A stretch of DNA of 64,000 nt from Balanoglossus misakiensis (Eukaryota; Animalia; Hemichordata): NCBI GenBank assembly GCA_040954595.2, contig CM082578.2, positions 3,268,831 through 3,332,830 of the forward strand, in the 5' to 3' direction. The translations under genes and the position numbers were made by a program. Positions 12,301-23,116 of the stretch are shown here, piece by piece. The notes beneath the pieces are model-generated. The model was not told the origin of the DNA. It saw only the letters and a program-made list of their open reading frames with translations, and did no database searches. The first letter of the stretch is position 1. Every line of letters begins with the position of its first letter.

Positions 12301-12466
12301 CTTGTATTCTACAGACTGTTGCGGCAGTTTCATTTTCTGACACGCCAGCCCCCGTAAGGAAACCATTTACGAACCAGCCTAAACGGGTACGTACAGCAAA
12401 TGGTCCATCTCCATTACTGTTTATATGCACACTCTCCATTCCCCGCAGTTCTACAGGATGCGTCAA
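9386..12466 (-). CDS. pol: BEL/Pao pol (RT, RNase H, integrase), defective
   Basis: SLNKELMQGPDL, DIEAMF, FGATSSP, FYVDD (RT); HHFADASENGYG, SIPRMEL (RNase H); KCVTC, GVDYFGP, SDNGTN, GGVWERQI (integrase). Lacks the protease and the WYLPHH/RVVFD RT N-terminal motifs. Confidence 0.93.
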   Translation of the reverse strand: MTHPVELRGMESVHINSNGDGPFAVRTRLGWFVNGFLTGAGVSENETAATVCRIQVGPAIDQQLINLFNHESSERIIDDKLEDSVEDRKFMKIANDQTQFVDGHYQVPLPFRDDGVTMPNNKVAVEYRLSQLGKKFRNNDDYRQEYKGTSLNKELMQGPDLTSSLVGVLIRFREERIALMSDIEAMFSQVGVSQENRDFQRFLWWPNGNVEEPPVEYRMTVHIFGATSSPSCANFALKKASDNTSDLSVKNTISRNFYVDDMLKAASTVKEGKTLAEGLTDTCKKSGFKLTKWISNTRPVLEALPKEQRATGVKNLDLEQDDLPTEHALGMPWNVESDEFGFRNRTKEKPATRRGILGVVSSLYDPLGMAAPALLPPKMLLQQLCKAKLGWDDDIPGKQRKVWENWLSDQPKLEECFAVPRCIKPEHFGEVDTAQLHHFADASENGYGAVSYLRLIDKSGNMHSTLMMAKARVAPLKQISIPRMELTAATVAVRLDKLLRKEMDLPINESVFWTDSKTVLRYINNETTRFHTFVGNRLAVIRGGSDPANWRYINTSDNPADECSRGQKIDDFLKNERWIGGPDFLRKTQDKWPSDSYNTQLDPEDPEVKKSALVYRITLRSEEETVPVVLGTVPVVSGERQTPDKGADRSMSVNAEETVQKLIDHYSSWYKLKKAVAWIRKVGDTLLRCAKNKSRRTDGPHEITVEDMKAAETAIIKFVQRQAFPRDIDSLSVDDYTDKKTRRNSNIYRLDPVMGADGLLRVGGRLSSSAVAEEVKHPAILPKRSHVAELLLREIYERGQHFGRAYILSKLREKYWIPGANSAARNMVSKCVTCRRQRARLCEQKMADLPADCLQSNEPPFTNVGVDYFGPIEVKMKRSTVKRYGVIFTCLAIRAVHIEMAESLSTDSFINALRRFISRRGPVKSMRSDNGTNVVGANRVLKEELEKWNQTKIRENLLREGIEWKFNPPYGSHFGGVWERQIRTIRQLLNVIVRQQQLTDDSLQTFLCEVEHTINSRPITVSSLET

Positions 12467-14442
12467 TCATCCCCACTGTCGTTAACACGGCTTTTTGGTC
12501 TTTGGTTTTGTTGAAGTGCAACACGGTCGGATGCATCTTGCCACATTTATCACAAGTCAGCTTGCTTGTACAGTCCTTCACCATATGTTTCCCATTTTTC
12601 AGGCAACCAAAACATAACCCTTTCGTTTTTATGAGCCGTTTTTTGTCATCGTAAGCTTTGGAGGCAAACACTTGACAGTCTTGAATTTCATGTGTACTGT
12701 CTGCACAACCCAAACACGGAGTAACAGTCTCTGTGCTGACTGTGTAGGCGTTGCATCTTTGTGTACCACTAGTTGCTTTCTTGATGTTCTTTGCTCCCTT
12801 GTCCTTGGATGGAATGCCGGCGAGGTTACCAAACACCTCTTGGGACATTATCTTGGTTTCCCTGTTGACAAATTCCACAAGATCTTTGAACTGCACTGAT
12901 CGTTGTTGTACGATGCAGTATGTTCTGCTGCGCCATCCGTCTCTCGACTTGAAAGGCAGTTTGTAAACCAACATTTGCAAGTTTTTGTAGTGGTTGAGCT
13001 CTCTCAGATGTGATTCACCTTTCATAGCATTTTCACACTTGGTCAAGAAAAGAGCGAAATCTTTCAAGGCGGTCTTATCCTCGGATTTCAATTCCGGCCA
13101 ATCTTCTGCTTGCTTGGTGTAGGCTCTGGCCGTCACGTATGGATTGCCGAACTTAGTTTCAAGCAATTTTATGGCTCTTTCGTATCCTTCATTCGCTTCC
13201 ATGTGAATGCAACTGCTCACTATTTCTCTCGGTTCACCACGTGTATACTGCTCCAAGTAATACAAACGATCATCAGGATCTTCAGTGTTGGATTCTTTGC
13301 CATGCTGAAAGGCACGTATAAATGATTTATACTGCAATGGGTCCCCATCGAACACGGGTATCGATTGCGGCGGTAAAGCGGCACGCTTGTTATGCTCAAT
13401 CAACAGTTTAGTAACTGTGGCTAGGTTATGATCACTACAGGAACTGTGGCTGCTATTGCTACCTGTACACGAACCAAGGTCAGGACTGAATTTTGTCTGC
13501 TTGTTTACATCGGGTTTTCCTTTTTCTGAACTGCATACAATGCTGCTGACAGGACTATCAGACTTAGTAACATTGGGACTATCACATGTGTGGAAACTAC
13601 CCAAGTTGCTAGCACTTGAACTCTTCATCTTGATGTTGCCCCGAAATGCAGCGGGTGTCTTAAAGAGATCTTGTATAGGTTGTATTCCTATAAACTACTT
13701 TCATCTTCACCATTTTCAAAATGACGATACACTTCGATTTTTGCATTCTGTTCATCAATTTCTGTTTTGATTTCCAACAATTGTTTTTATTTGTTTATTT
13801 TGGATTCCAATTCGTCTAATTTCTGTTTTTCCTCCAAACCAGCCATACGAGTCATCAGTTCCGCCCGTTTCACTGCGGCTGCGATTATAGATGCCTTGCT
13901 ATTAATACTACTACCACGTGAGGACACGTGTGATGACACTCTGCTTGATCTTGCTGATTTAAATCTAGGTGTCTTACTACCAATATGGGACACGCTATCT
14001 TCTGGCTTAACAGTGTCTGCCAACATGGAATCATGCAGCCCATGGCGAAATAGCCAGGTGTCAACTACATGCCGAAATTCATCAAACCCAGTCATACGTG
14101 GTAATGACCAACTGGTATACATGTGTTGTTTTTCTTTTCATCCAACGACTCATGGTATTTGACATCAGCCTCTTTGAAATTTTCAAAGGCAACTTCACAT
14201 TCTTTCATTTTAGTTTTCACCAAAATACCATTGACGTTATCTTCCATCAGCGATGTTATCTGATTCATCAATGTTGTTACTCTGCCATAGATATGTGATC
14301 TGGTAGTTTTCAATCTTTCTCTTCCAGCTTCTTTGTGCTTGTCTGTTTTTATGGAGACACGCTTGGTGTTTTCTGGATTACCAGTATACAAATCATTTTT
14401 CTCTGTTTCCACCATGACCTTTGTATCATCATTGGTGGCCAT
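12414..14442 (-). pseudogene. gag: BEL/Pao gag, broken into frames 14092-14442, 13787-14122 and 12414-13628
   Basis: IPVFDGDPLQYKSFIRAF...RLYYLEQYTRGEP (DUF1759-like); knuckles CLGCADSTHEIQDC, CFGCLKNGKHMVKDC, CDKCGKMHPTVLH. Confidence 0.9.
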
Positions 14443-14720
14443 TTTGCTTCTTATTCTGTATAAATTCACTGTGCTGAATGATACCCAATGCGCCCTGTAC
14501 GTATGATATGCGCGGTCGAGTACTAGTATGACACAATGACCTTGAAGTTTCTGACATGCGCAGTGGCGTCTTGACCACGTACGCCAGTTTTCCTCGGCTG
14601 AACCGAGACCAATGTACAGCTAGACAGGAAAATACTGATAATAAATCGATGTCCTACCAGATTCTTTCTACCAATCTTCAGAAGGTGACAGTTTCTGCCC
14701 GGTCGATCACAGTTTACTAC

Positions 14721-16281
14721 TGTAGTAACCTCGATGTGCCGTCTGAAATGGCGCCCTAATTCACATCAAAGGCCACAGAATTCTATAGAATTTGCCGTTA
14801 ACTAAGGGACTGTTCAGTTTTTACGGCCGGGGGTGGGGGGGGCGGCAAAATCCAGGGGGGGGGGGTCACTTAAATATGAAGTCCACAAGGGGGGGGGGGG
14901 TTATCTGTTTTTTTTAAACGTTTAGGGGGGTCACATACTTTTGCCACCGAACTTTTGCTTTTGAGTCCACAAAATTGCAGTTTCGCACCCTTTATTTTAC
15001 AAAATTTTCTCACACCCACCCCCTATATTCTCCGCCACATTTCATTTTTGGCTGGTTTGTCTAGTGTACCAGGGCAGAGTGCTTACCACCCCAACCCCAC
15101 CGATGATAATATTTAACAAAGTGAATACATAAAGGAGAATAATTTTTTAAACCATTTTGCATAACTGATAGTTTCGCGCTGCATCTTCTATATACTAGAA
15201 GTTTTATAAATGATGTCATGACAAGATGACGCCAAATCTTCTAAGTTTGAGTGGAGTGGCAAAAAGTGAAATTGGTCCTCCCAAACATTGAGATAATTTG
15301 CTTTTGAGTTCATTAAAATGCAACTTTGCGCTAAATATTTCACAACATTTTCTTATGTGGCAGGGGGACACCCCCTCCCACACCCACCCCTCCATTCTTC
15401 GCCACATTGCATTTATCCACTGGTTTGTCTAGTGTACCAGGGAAGACTTCTTGCCACCCACCCCGATGCTTACTTTGACTGGAGTGGTACAATTAAAATT
15501 TGTCCTCCCTAACATTGAGTTAATTTGCTTTTGAGTTCATTAAATTGCAATTTTGAGCACCGTATTTTACAACATTTTCTTATGTTGGAGGGGGACACGC
15601 CCACCCCCGCCACTTTTCTTGTTTTACCGATTCTAGCAACTATTGTATTGACTTGTCATTTTAATTTGTTCATAGATTTCTTTATTGCAACGGTATACTA
15701 TTACATACTTCAATAATACTTTAAGAAATATATAATTGAGGTGTGAGGAGCCTCATTCACTTTATTGCATACAGTGTACATAGGATCAGGAAGGCGAATG
15801 TTTTCGGCGTGGGGGGGGGGTCATCATATTTTTGGGTCTGTCAAAGGAGGGGGTCATCATTTTTGGTCCTGGCTGAAGGGGGGGGGGGTCGGCCTGATTT
15901 TGAGAACCGATGACACAAACTTGCCGCCCCCCCCCCCCCCCCCCCGTGCCGTAAAAACTGAACGGTCCCTAACTGGAGCTCACCATCGCCGACGAACATT
16001 CCTTGTCAGATGTCACAGAAAACGCTGATCGGAACTTTACACGAACATTTAATGACTGAACACACAACACTGGCACTGGATGATGCGTCGCGGTGGTTGA
16101 AGTTTCCGTAGAAAACTGGCAAAAATCCCCAGGCTAACTGTGCAAATGTCCTCACATGTGCGCCATGGAAATTTCTATATATTTTCTAAACAAAAGCGCA
16201 TGCGCTAATGTACTCACAGCGCGAGGGCGCTAGACTAAATATTTCAGTTTCTCTAAAGAACTGGGCGTCCGCGTCCTTACA
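14721..16281 (-). repeat. 5' LTR of the BEL/Pao element, split by a MITE (14721-14805 + 15970-16281)
   Basis: Matches 8246-8633 once 14806-15969 and one TAA are removed. Confidence 0.95.
14806..15969. mobile_element. PIF/Harbinger-type MITE, family H1
   Basis: TIR GGGACTGTTCAGTTTTTACGGC / GCCGTAAAAACTGAACGGTCCC; TAA TSD. The empty site is preserved in the 3' LTR (aactaa|ctggag). A sister copy lies at 41398-42547. Confidence 0.95.
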
Positions 16282-17669
16282 AATGGTGCTGATTCCAGAA
16301 ATAGCAGTCTTATTGACCCTACTCAAGAAAAAATGCCATTTTTTGCCACTTTTTGCCCCTAAACGTTATTTTTAGAAAACAGGCAATGCTTACATATTTT
16401 CTTCACTTTCGGAGATCTGATAATGTATTATATGCCCACTCTGACAAATTTCCAAAAAAGCAGTTTTATTGATGCCACTCAAGATAAAAGCGCCTTTCGA
16501 CAAGTTTTTGCCCAAAAAGTGTCATTTCTAGAAAATACTAAAAATATGCCATTTTCTTCCCATTAGTGATCTAATGATAAATAAAAGTCTATTCCATCTT
16601 GATAGTATGACATATAAAAACCCCACTCTTACTGACTCGACCCCACAGAGTGAAAAGTAGCATTTTGGCCTCTTTTCTCAAAAAGGTAACTGTGATAAAA
16701 AATAAAAACAAACTTATTTCTTCATATTCAGAGCTCTTATGATGTATGGAAATTCCGTTTTCTTTGTTGCAAAAAGATGCTGATACCAGTACAACGGTCT
16801 TATTGAGACACCCCGCTCAGTACTAAATTGCCATTTAGCCATCTTTTGGTCAACAATAGGCATTTTAAAAAACAATATAATTGATGTTTTTGCCTTCTGT
16901 GTTCTGATGTTGTATATGTATATTTAAAAAGTCATAACCATATAATATCAATTGAATTGATGATGTTGAAAGACAGAGTTGTCAAAATTTGGCACATTTA
17001 GCCCAAAACTTAACTCAACAATAAGACGATCCATGTATACACACTGTCTACTATAAGTCGATTATGCGTGGTGTGAAATATTTATGTTCAGATATGCCAG
17101 CTAGGGAGAGATTGTTGAATTTTATTCTCTTCAATCTGAATACAAAATCAGAAATTATATTATAATATATCATGATACCTCCGTCATACTGATTGGACAG
17201 GAGTGCAATCAAACGATGCTAGAATACTCATTAGAGCACTGCTAAAACTGGCCCCTGAACTAGCACGCAGCAGGGAAAATGTAGGCTTAAACGAAATAAA
17301 TATAATAAAAACACTTAAATTCCTTGACGTTTTAATTTGGAACTGCTGTGCCGGAATTTTTAGGCATTGTGCAATGCCTGTCTTTTGTCATCTGTATCAT
17401 GTTCAGAGCTTGGTCCCGGGCGTCGTGTTTACATTCATCGTCGCGAGTTTTGTTCAATTGGTAACTTCTTTTTCTCTCGACGCTGTTTCATCATCATTAT
17501 GAGTTCAACTTCGGCTAATTTTGCAAAACCTCAAAATACAAACATTTTTTCGGTACAAAATCGCTAAAAGGATAAATTTTCCTAGACTAGATCTATTTTT
17601 TGCTACTAATAGCCAAATAGGCAATTTTGACTAGAGTGGGGCCAACCAGACTACCCTTTTTGGAATAGT

Positions 17670-18075
17670 CTCCAATTATATTACCATGGCCTGCGCGTCA
17701 CATTTTAATTGGTTGAGATGGACGACGTCACTGACCACAAATACATGTACTCAGTAATGGTTTGTTTACATGCCTGTAAATCTGAATAGTAATATTAGCA
17801 AACAGGTCAGTGAATGCAACATTTTGCGTAACACAAGGTCCGGGGCCCCTAGTGGGTCATTTTCGTAAATTTTGACGGTTTTCTTGACTTCGTTGGTAAT
17901 ATAATGGAAATAACCCTCTCGCCGTGACCATTAACGTTTGTTTATGGGCGCGGGCTCGAGGAAAGACAAAATTCATGGCATGGGCTCAGAAGCCTCGCCC
18001 ATGAATTGTTTGGCTTTCCTCTCGCCCTTGCCCATAAACAAACGTTAATGGTCAGGGCGTCGTCCATTATAGCTA
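17670..18075. mobile_element. Hairpin-ended non-autonomous element (possibly Crypton-type)
   Basis: Perfect 25-bp IR at 17925-17949 / 18030-18054 inside a larger nested hairpin (17899-18072). Distal attatattacca (~17674) is complementary to tggtaatataat (~17894). No TSD seen. Confidence 0.5.
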
Positions 18076-18327
18076 AAATTTTACACAGGATGGACTTTTC
18101 ATACACAATCAGATCTCTGAATATGAAGAAAACAATTTGTCTTTAGTATGTTTTTAATGAACATTTTTGACCAAAAAAGTGGCCGAAATTACAAATTTTC
18201 TATTGAATGGAGTAAGTAAGACTTTCGTTTTTGGAACAGTAAACACGTTTCAATATAGAATGGACTTTTTTATAATAAGATCACTGAAAATGAAGAAAAG
18301 AGAATGCTCTTAATATATTCTTAAAAA

Positions 18328-19681
18328 TAGCGTCAAGGACACTGTGGCCCCATTTGAGGATTATGCGGAAACAGTGACACACCAGAATAAAAATTACAGG
18401 TGACATTGCAAGCAGATCTGCAAGCAGCAATAGCGGGCCCAAGCCAACATAGCACATAGCAACATAGCAATAAGCATATCTGCTCTGGATGCCAAGATAT
18501 GGAAAAGTAAGTCAAAGGTCACCTGAGGTTATGCAAAATTTGGGCAAGAAATTTTGACCCTATACTGGTCCATGTTCAACAAAAACCAAACCTATAGCCC
18601 TATTGGTTAGCCTGGAATTAGGTATGCACATAATTAATGAGATATGCAGGTGTCACAGGTGACTCCAAATTTTGGCTTTTCAATTTTAGTCCCAACCCTC
18701 CAAATGCCAAGTATGTACCTGCTCTGGATGCCAAGATATGATAAAGTAGGTCAAAGGTCACCTGAGGTCATGCAAAATTTGGGCAAGAAATTTTGACCTT
18801 ATACTGGTCCATGTTCAACAAAAACCAAACCTATAGCCCTATTGGTTAGCCTGGAATTAGGTATGCACATAATAAATGAGATATGCAGGTGTCACAGGTG
18901 ACCAATATTTTGGCTTTTCAATTTTAGTCCCAACCCTCCAAACGCCAAGTCTGTACCTGCTCTGGATGCCGAGATATAGGAAAGTAGGTCAAAGGTCACC
19001 TGAGGTCACCCAAAATTTGGGCAAGAAATTTTGACCCTATACTGGTCCATGTCCCACAAGAACGAAACCTCTAGCCCTATTAGTTAGCCCGGAATTAGGT
19101 ATGCACATAATTAATATGTTAAGCAGGTGTTACAGGTGAGCCCAAAATTTTGCCTTTTATTTTGACCCCATTGTGCTCACTGACCAATAGACAGTCACTG
19201 TACAGGACTATTGCACAGACCAGAATTCCACAGTAAGACGTGGACATAGCTTAACCATAGAGGTATAAGTAAAGGTATAAATTTAATAAAAAGACTAAAA
19301 AATTTATAAAAAATAAAACATCCATGATATTAACTTACAGGTCGATGTGAGGTTGACATATGGTACATGCATACCAATTTTTAAAGCAATCTGACGAGTA
19401 GTTGTTGATTTTCAGAGTTTTGATAAATTTCACATTTTTCCAGCTAATTTGCATATTTTTGGGCCTGGCAACTTCGTTTGGACAAACTCCCATCTACAGC
19501 CCTGCCTGCACCTACACACCAAATATTGAGGTGATACGCGCAGCGGTTTTCAAGTTTTTGATGTGAACGGACGTACAGACATACATACATACATCCATCC
19601 ATCCATCCATCCATACATACAGACGCAACCGATCCCATAAGGTCCCATGGTATATATGCCTATACCAATGGGACCTAAAAA
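18328..19681 (-). mobile_element. Helentron-type non-autonomous element(s) (HINE-like) with ~238-bp internal repeats
   Basis: On the minus strand: 5' ttttaggtcccattggta..taccatgggacc hairpin plus (GGAT/GTAT)n microsatellite; three ~238-bp units (aaaggtcacctgagg at ~18515, 18754, 18992); 3' GCTTGGGCCC..GCTGCTTGCAG at 18418-18445, as in the 25.0 and 33.1 kb copies. Confidence 0.75.
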
Positions 19682-19969
19682 TAACAGTTTTGAGCAAAAC
19701 TTAGCCAAAAAGGCGATTTCATCATGGTTGAAGTCAATAAGACTGCATTTCTGGAAACAACACCCAATTTACATAAAATGTACTTTTCACACATCATAGA
19801 ATCTCTGATTAAGAAGAAAACAGTTTGTTTTTAATGATTTTCGAAAAGTGGCTTTTTGGGCAAAAAACTTGCCAAAAAGGCGCTTTTTTCTTGAGTGGCA
19901 TCAATAAAACTGCTTTTTGGAAATTGTTCACACAAAGTGTGGGCATATAATACTAGTACATTATCACAT

Positions 19970-20585
19970 ACATAGACTCAGTTATCCCTATAGTGTGAAG
20001 TCACACTATAGGTATATGACCTCGACGACAAAATATTACACGTGTTGAATATGGATGCCCGGACTATTTTCTTTATGTAAACAAACAAAAATCACCTGTT
20101 CTCGATCGGAAATATGCCCGAAACCCAAAAGTGGGAGACTTATGAAGCACAGGACAATGTTTTAAATGTCAAATGAACAAGTGAAATTGCAAGTTAAAAG
20201 TCACGATCGACATCGCTGGAGCATCGAGCAGCAGAACACCAGCATCTTGCAGCCAGTCAACAGGTCGAGTCGAGCAGGCGAGCGATGACAATGTTTAATT
20301 TCAGGCAGTAGCAACGAAATTTCTCCGGACATAAACGTAGTAGGAGAAAACCCATTTTATTCTCGTCATTTCCCAGCATTTTCAGTAAATTTGACATATA
20401 TTCACCACGAACTATTGTTGTTTTCAATGTTTCAGATACATGATGTTTATCGGTTTCTCACTCGTGTGTCTGCGTCGCGAACTCGTGATTCCCCGTATAG
20501 CTGTATCCCTCCTCACCGCTATACAGGGAATCACTCGTCCGCGACGAAGACACACTCGTTCGAAATACGGGGGAATTATATATAA
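19970..20585. mobile_element. Hairpin-ended non-autonomous element interrupting the foldback right arm
   Basis: Arm sequence acattatca|attatcagatctccg is split by ~600 bp containing hairpins cctatagtgtga..tcacactatagg and 20464-20556 (gtgattccccgtatagc / gctatacagggaatcac). Confidence 0.55.
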
Positions 20586-21308
20586 TTATCAGATCTCCGA
20601 AAGTGAAGAAAATATGTAAGTTTTGAACTAGTGTTTTCTAGAAATGACGTTTTGGGCAAAAAAGTGTCAAAATGGCAGTTTTGTCTTGAGTAGGGTCAAT
20701 AAGACTGCTATTTCTGGAATCAGCACCGTTTTTTTTTATACATAGAATGAACATTTCATATACACATGATCTCTGAACTTTACGAAGAAAAGTTTGTTTT
20801 TAATGTTTTTCTAAAAATGGCCTTTTTGGGCAAAATATTTCCAAAAAGGTATTTTTGCATTAGGTTGGTTCAATAAATCTTTTTTTGGAATAATCACCAA
20901 ATTTTACATAGGGTGGGCATATAATACATTATCAGATTTCCGAAAGTGAAGAAAATATATGTTTTGAGTGTTTTTCTAAAAATGACGTTTTTTGGGAAAA
21001 AAATGGTCAAAAGGCAATTTTGTGTTGTTATTGGTTAATCTGACTGTTTTTTTATTTACCAAATTTTACATAGAATAAACATATCATATGTCATCAAATC
21101 TCAGAGTGTGACGAAAACAGTGTGTTTTTAGTGTTTTCTAAAAATTACCCTTTTTGGGGTTAAAAATGGCCAAAATGGTAATTTTGTTTTGAGTTGGGTC
21201 AATAAGACTGACTTTTTTGGAATCAGCACCATTTTTTACATAAAATGGACTTCTCAAACCTTCCTTACCGAAAATTCTGATTAACAGCACCTATCTCCTG
21301 GACTACAA

Positions 21309-21477
21309 TAGTGCAGGAGCTAAACCCAAAATTTTGGCGTAATTGTGCACTTCGGGTTAAAAGCATGAAACTTGGTACAACTATGCATTGACCCATGGCA
21401 GACATTTTCCAATATGGATCCAAAATGAAAGCGCCCTCTAGTGGCAAGAAACAAACATACCCACTTTTCCCCCATTA
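21309..21477 (+). mobile_element. Terminus of a second Academ-like element
   Basis: Starts TAGTGCAGGAGCTA, similar to the TAGTCCAGGAGATA end of the foldback element, directly after its CAA TSD. Continues after the 21478-22812 insertion. The other end was not located. Confidence 0.5.
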
Positions 21478-22812
21478 GGCCAAAAAAAAAAAGAGTTTTG
21501 TTTAGCGTCCTCGCGCGCGTCACTTTTAAACATGCGCGTCGAGGCTTTTTTTCGTAATTTTCGAACCCGGAAATCAACTAATCAGTGTTTTCTCCAGGAT
21601 GCGCGATCGCGCGATTCCCCCTCTTTTACACTTGAAGCGCCCCTTGTAACAAGTTCAGGGGGCGACAATCGCCCCTTCGTGAGCAGCCCACCCGGCCAGT
21701 ACATGCGCGTCCAAGCCTCCATAGCATGCACCGTCAGTCAAAGCACTGGGAAAACGGCCGATATCACTGCGTGCTGGCCTATACATTTTAACTTCCCACC
21801 CCCCAAAACTATGTTGTAGATGACTTTCACATTCATTCACGTGTAATTTAGCTCCAGGGCTATAGTGTGCAATTGTTGGAACAGCCTATCTGGATACCGT
21901 CTAAATTTAGAGCACACACTCTGCACTCAAGTGAACTTGTTGTTATGGCGACTTTTGAAATTGGGTTGGCAGAACGTAACAATTTTATGCAAATTAAAGA
22001 AACTGCGTTCCTGCCATGGCGATTATCAAGAATGTATCAGTTTTCCATGACCTTGTTTTCTTACTTAGGAAGGAAAGTCATTCAATATGTACAGAGACTG
22101 TTTATTTGAGTAGTGTGCCTAGCCACAGATGGGGAAGTGTAGGCAGAAATCTGAAGAAATATATACCACTTCAATTTATTTAACTATTAATGGTTTCACA
22201 ATCTAATATTTTGGCAGCTAAACTGAAACTTTTAAAATCAAACAAGAAATTTTTTTCTCAGGTATAGTATTAACGAAAGACACTATTGTTTTTGCAGTTG
22301 CATTTATTTTATTAATTTCACTCTACTTGCCAGGGGAGCAGTTAATCAGTCACTCTCCTACCACTTGTGTAATTAATTTCAGGAGTTATTTTCAGCTCTC
22401 CAGCATTTTTTAAATTACATGCCCTGAAAGTTATGCAAGCTGGTGTCTTCCTCTGCAAAATCTACTAATTTAAAGTAGAAAAAAACTGTAACTGTTAATA
22501 TGTTGTCAAGTTCACATGTAAAATATTGTAATTTACTTATGCTGTTTTTAATATGGAATGAAGGCAGTTAGTAAGTTAACGTTCAAAATTGTCATTCCTT
22601 GATGTTTACCTAATTAACATAAATTATGCAAATCATGATTCCCCCCTACTTTGACCAAATCCCTCCTTAATTTTGGACTATTAAAGAAATATTTGCTGTT
22701 CTTGTTCCGCAGAAAAAAAAAAAAAAAAAAAAGAAAAAAAAAGAAGCCGCGTCACCGCATCAATTTTGAGATTTTGCTTGGACGCTAAACAAAACTCTTT
22801 TTTTTTTTGGCC
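21478..22812. mobile_element. PIF/Harbinger-type MITE, family H2
   Basis: TIR GGCC(A)nGAGTTTTGTTTAGCGTCC / GGACGCTAAACAAAACTC(T)nGGCC; TTA TSD at 21475-21477 and 22813-22815. Confidence 0.9.
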
Positions 22813-23116
22813 TTAATGGCACTTTTTGGTCAATTTTAATACTCAGAAACAGGAATATGGGTTGTAAAACATGCTTGCTACCATACATTCCTGTGTATAT
22901 TATCCTAATCCTGATGTACATGTATTCGATCACTATTGAGGATAACTCGTCAAGCCCTAGAAAGAGTCAAGCTCAAGAAATCAGTAGTAAAAGGTAATGC
23001 GCATGTTTCTGTAGGTTTTTTAGGACTAGTCTGACAGTTGCTCTTTGAAGGAAGATGTCATCAAGAATGATCTGGTACAAGTTCTACACTATACATCAGG
23101 AATAGGATAATATTCA

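Larger units (their letters stand above)
8246..16281 (-). mobile_element. BEL/Pao LTR retrotransposon, both LTRs present, internally deleted
   Basis: TG..CA LTRs at 8246-8633 and 14721-16281; 5-bp TSD AATGG (8241-8245, 16282-16286); PPT-like GGGGGCTGG abutting the 3' LTR; gag with three Zn knuckles followed by RT-RH-INT. Confidence 0.97.
7215..21305. mobile_element. Non-autonomous foldback DNA transposon, Academ-like, with long modular TIRs and nested insertions
   Basis: Left TACCCTAGGAGATAGGTGCCGTTAAT..GTTTGAGAAGTCCATT is the reverse complement of right AATGGACTTCTCAAAC..TTAACAGCACCTATCTCCTGGACTA. Flanked by CAA (7212-7214, 21306-21308). Arms (7215-8245 + 16282-~17000; ~18075-21305 minus inserts) are built of ~170-bp subrepeats. 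TAG..CTA-type ends and a 3-bp TSD fit Academ. Confidence 0.75.

Noticed and set aside
9022-14298. Plus-strand ORFs over the BEL element (likewise those over the L2 ORF)
   Set aside because: Antisense shadows of gag/pol with no independent features.
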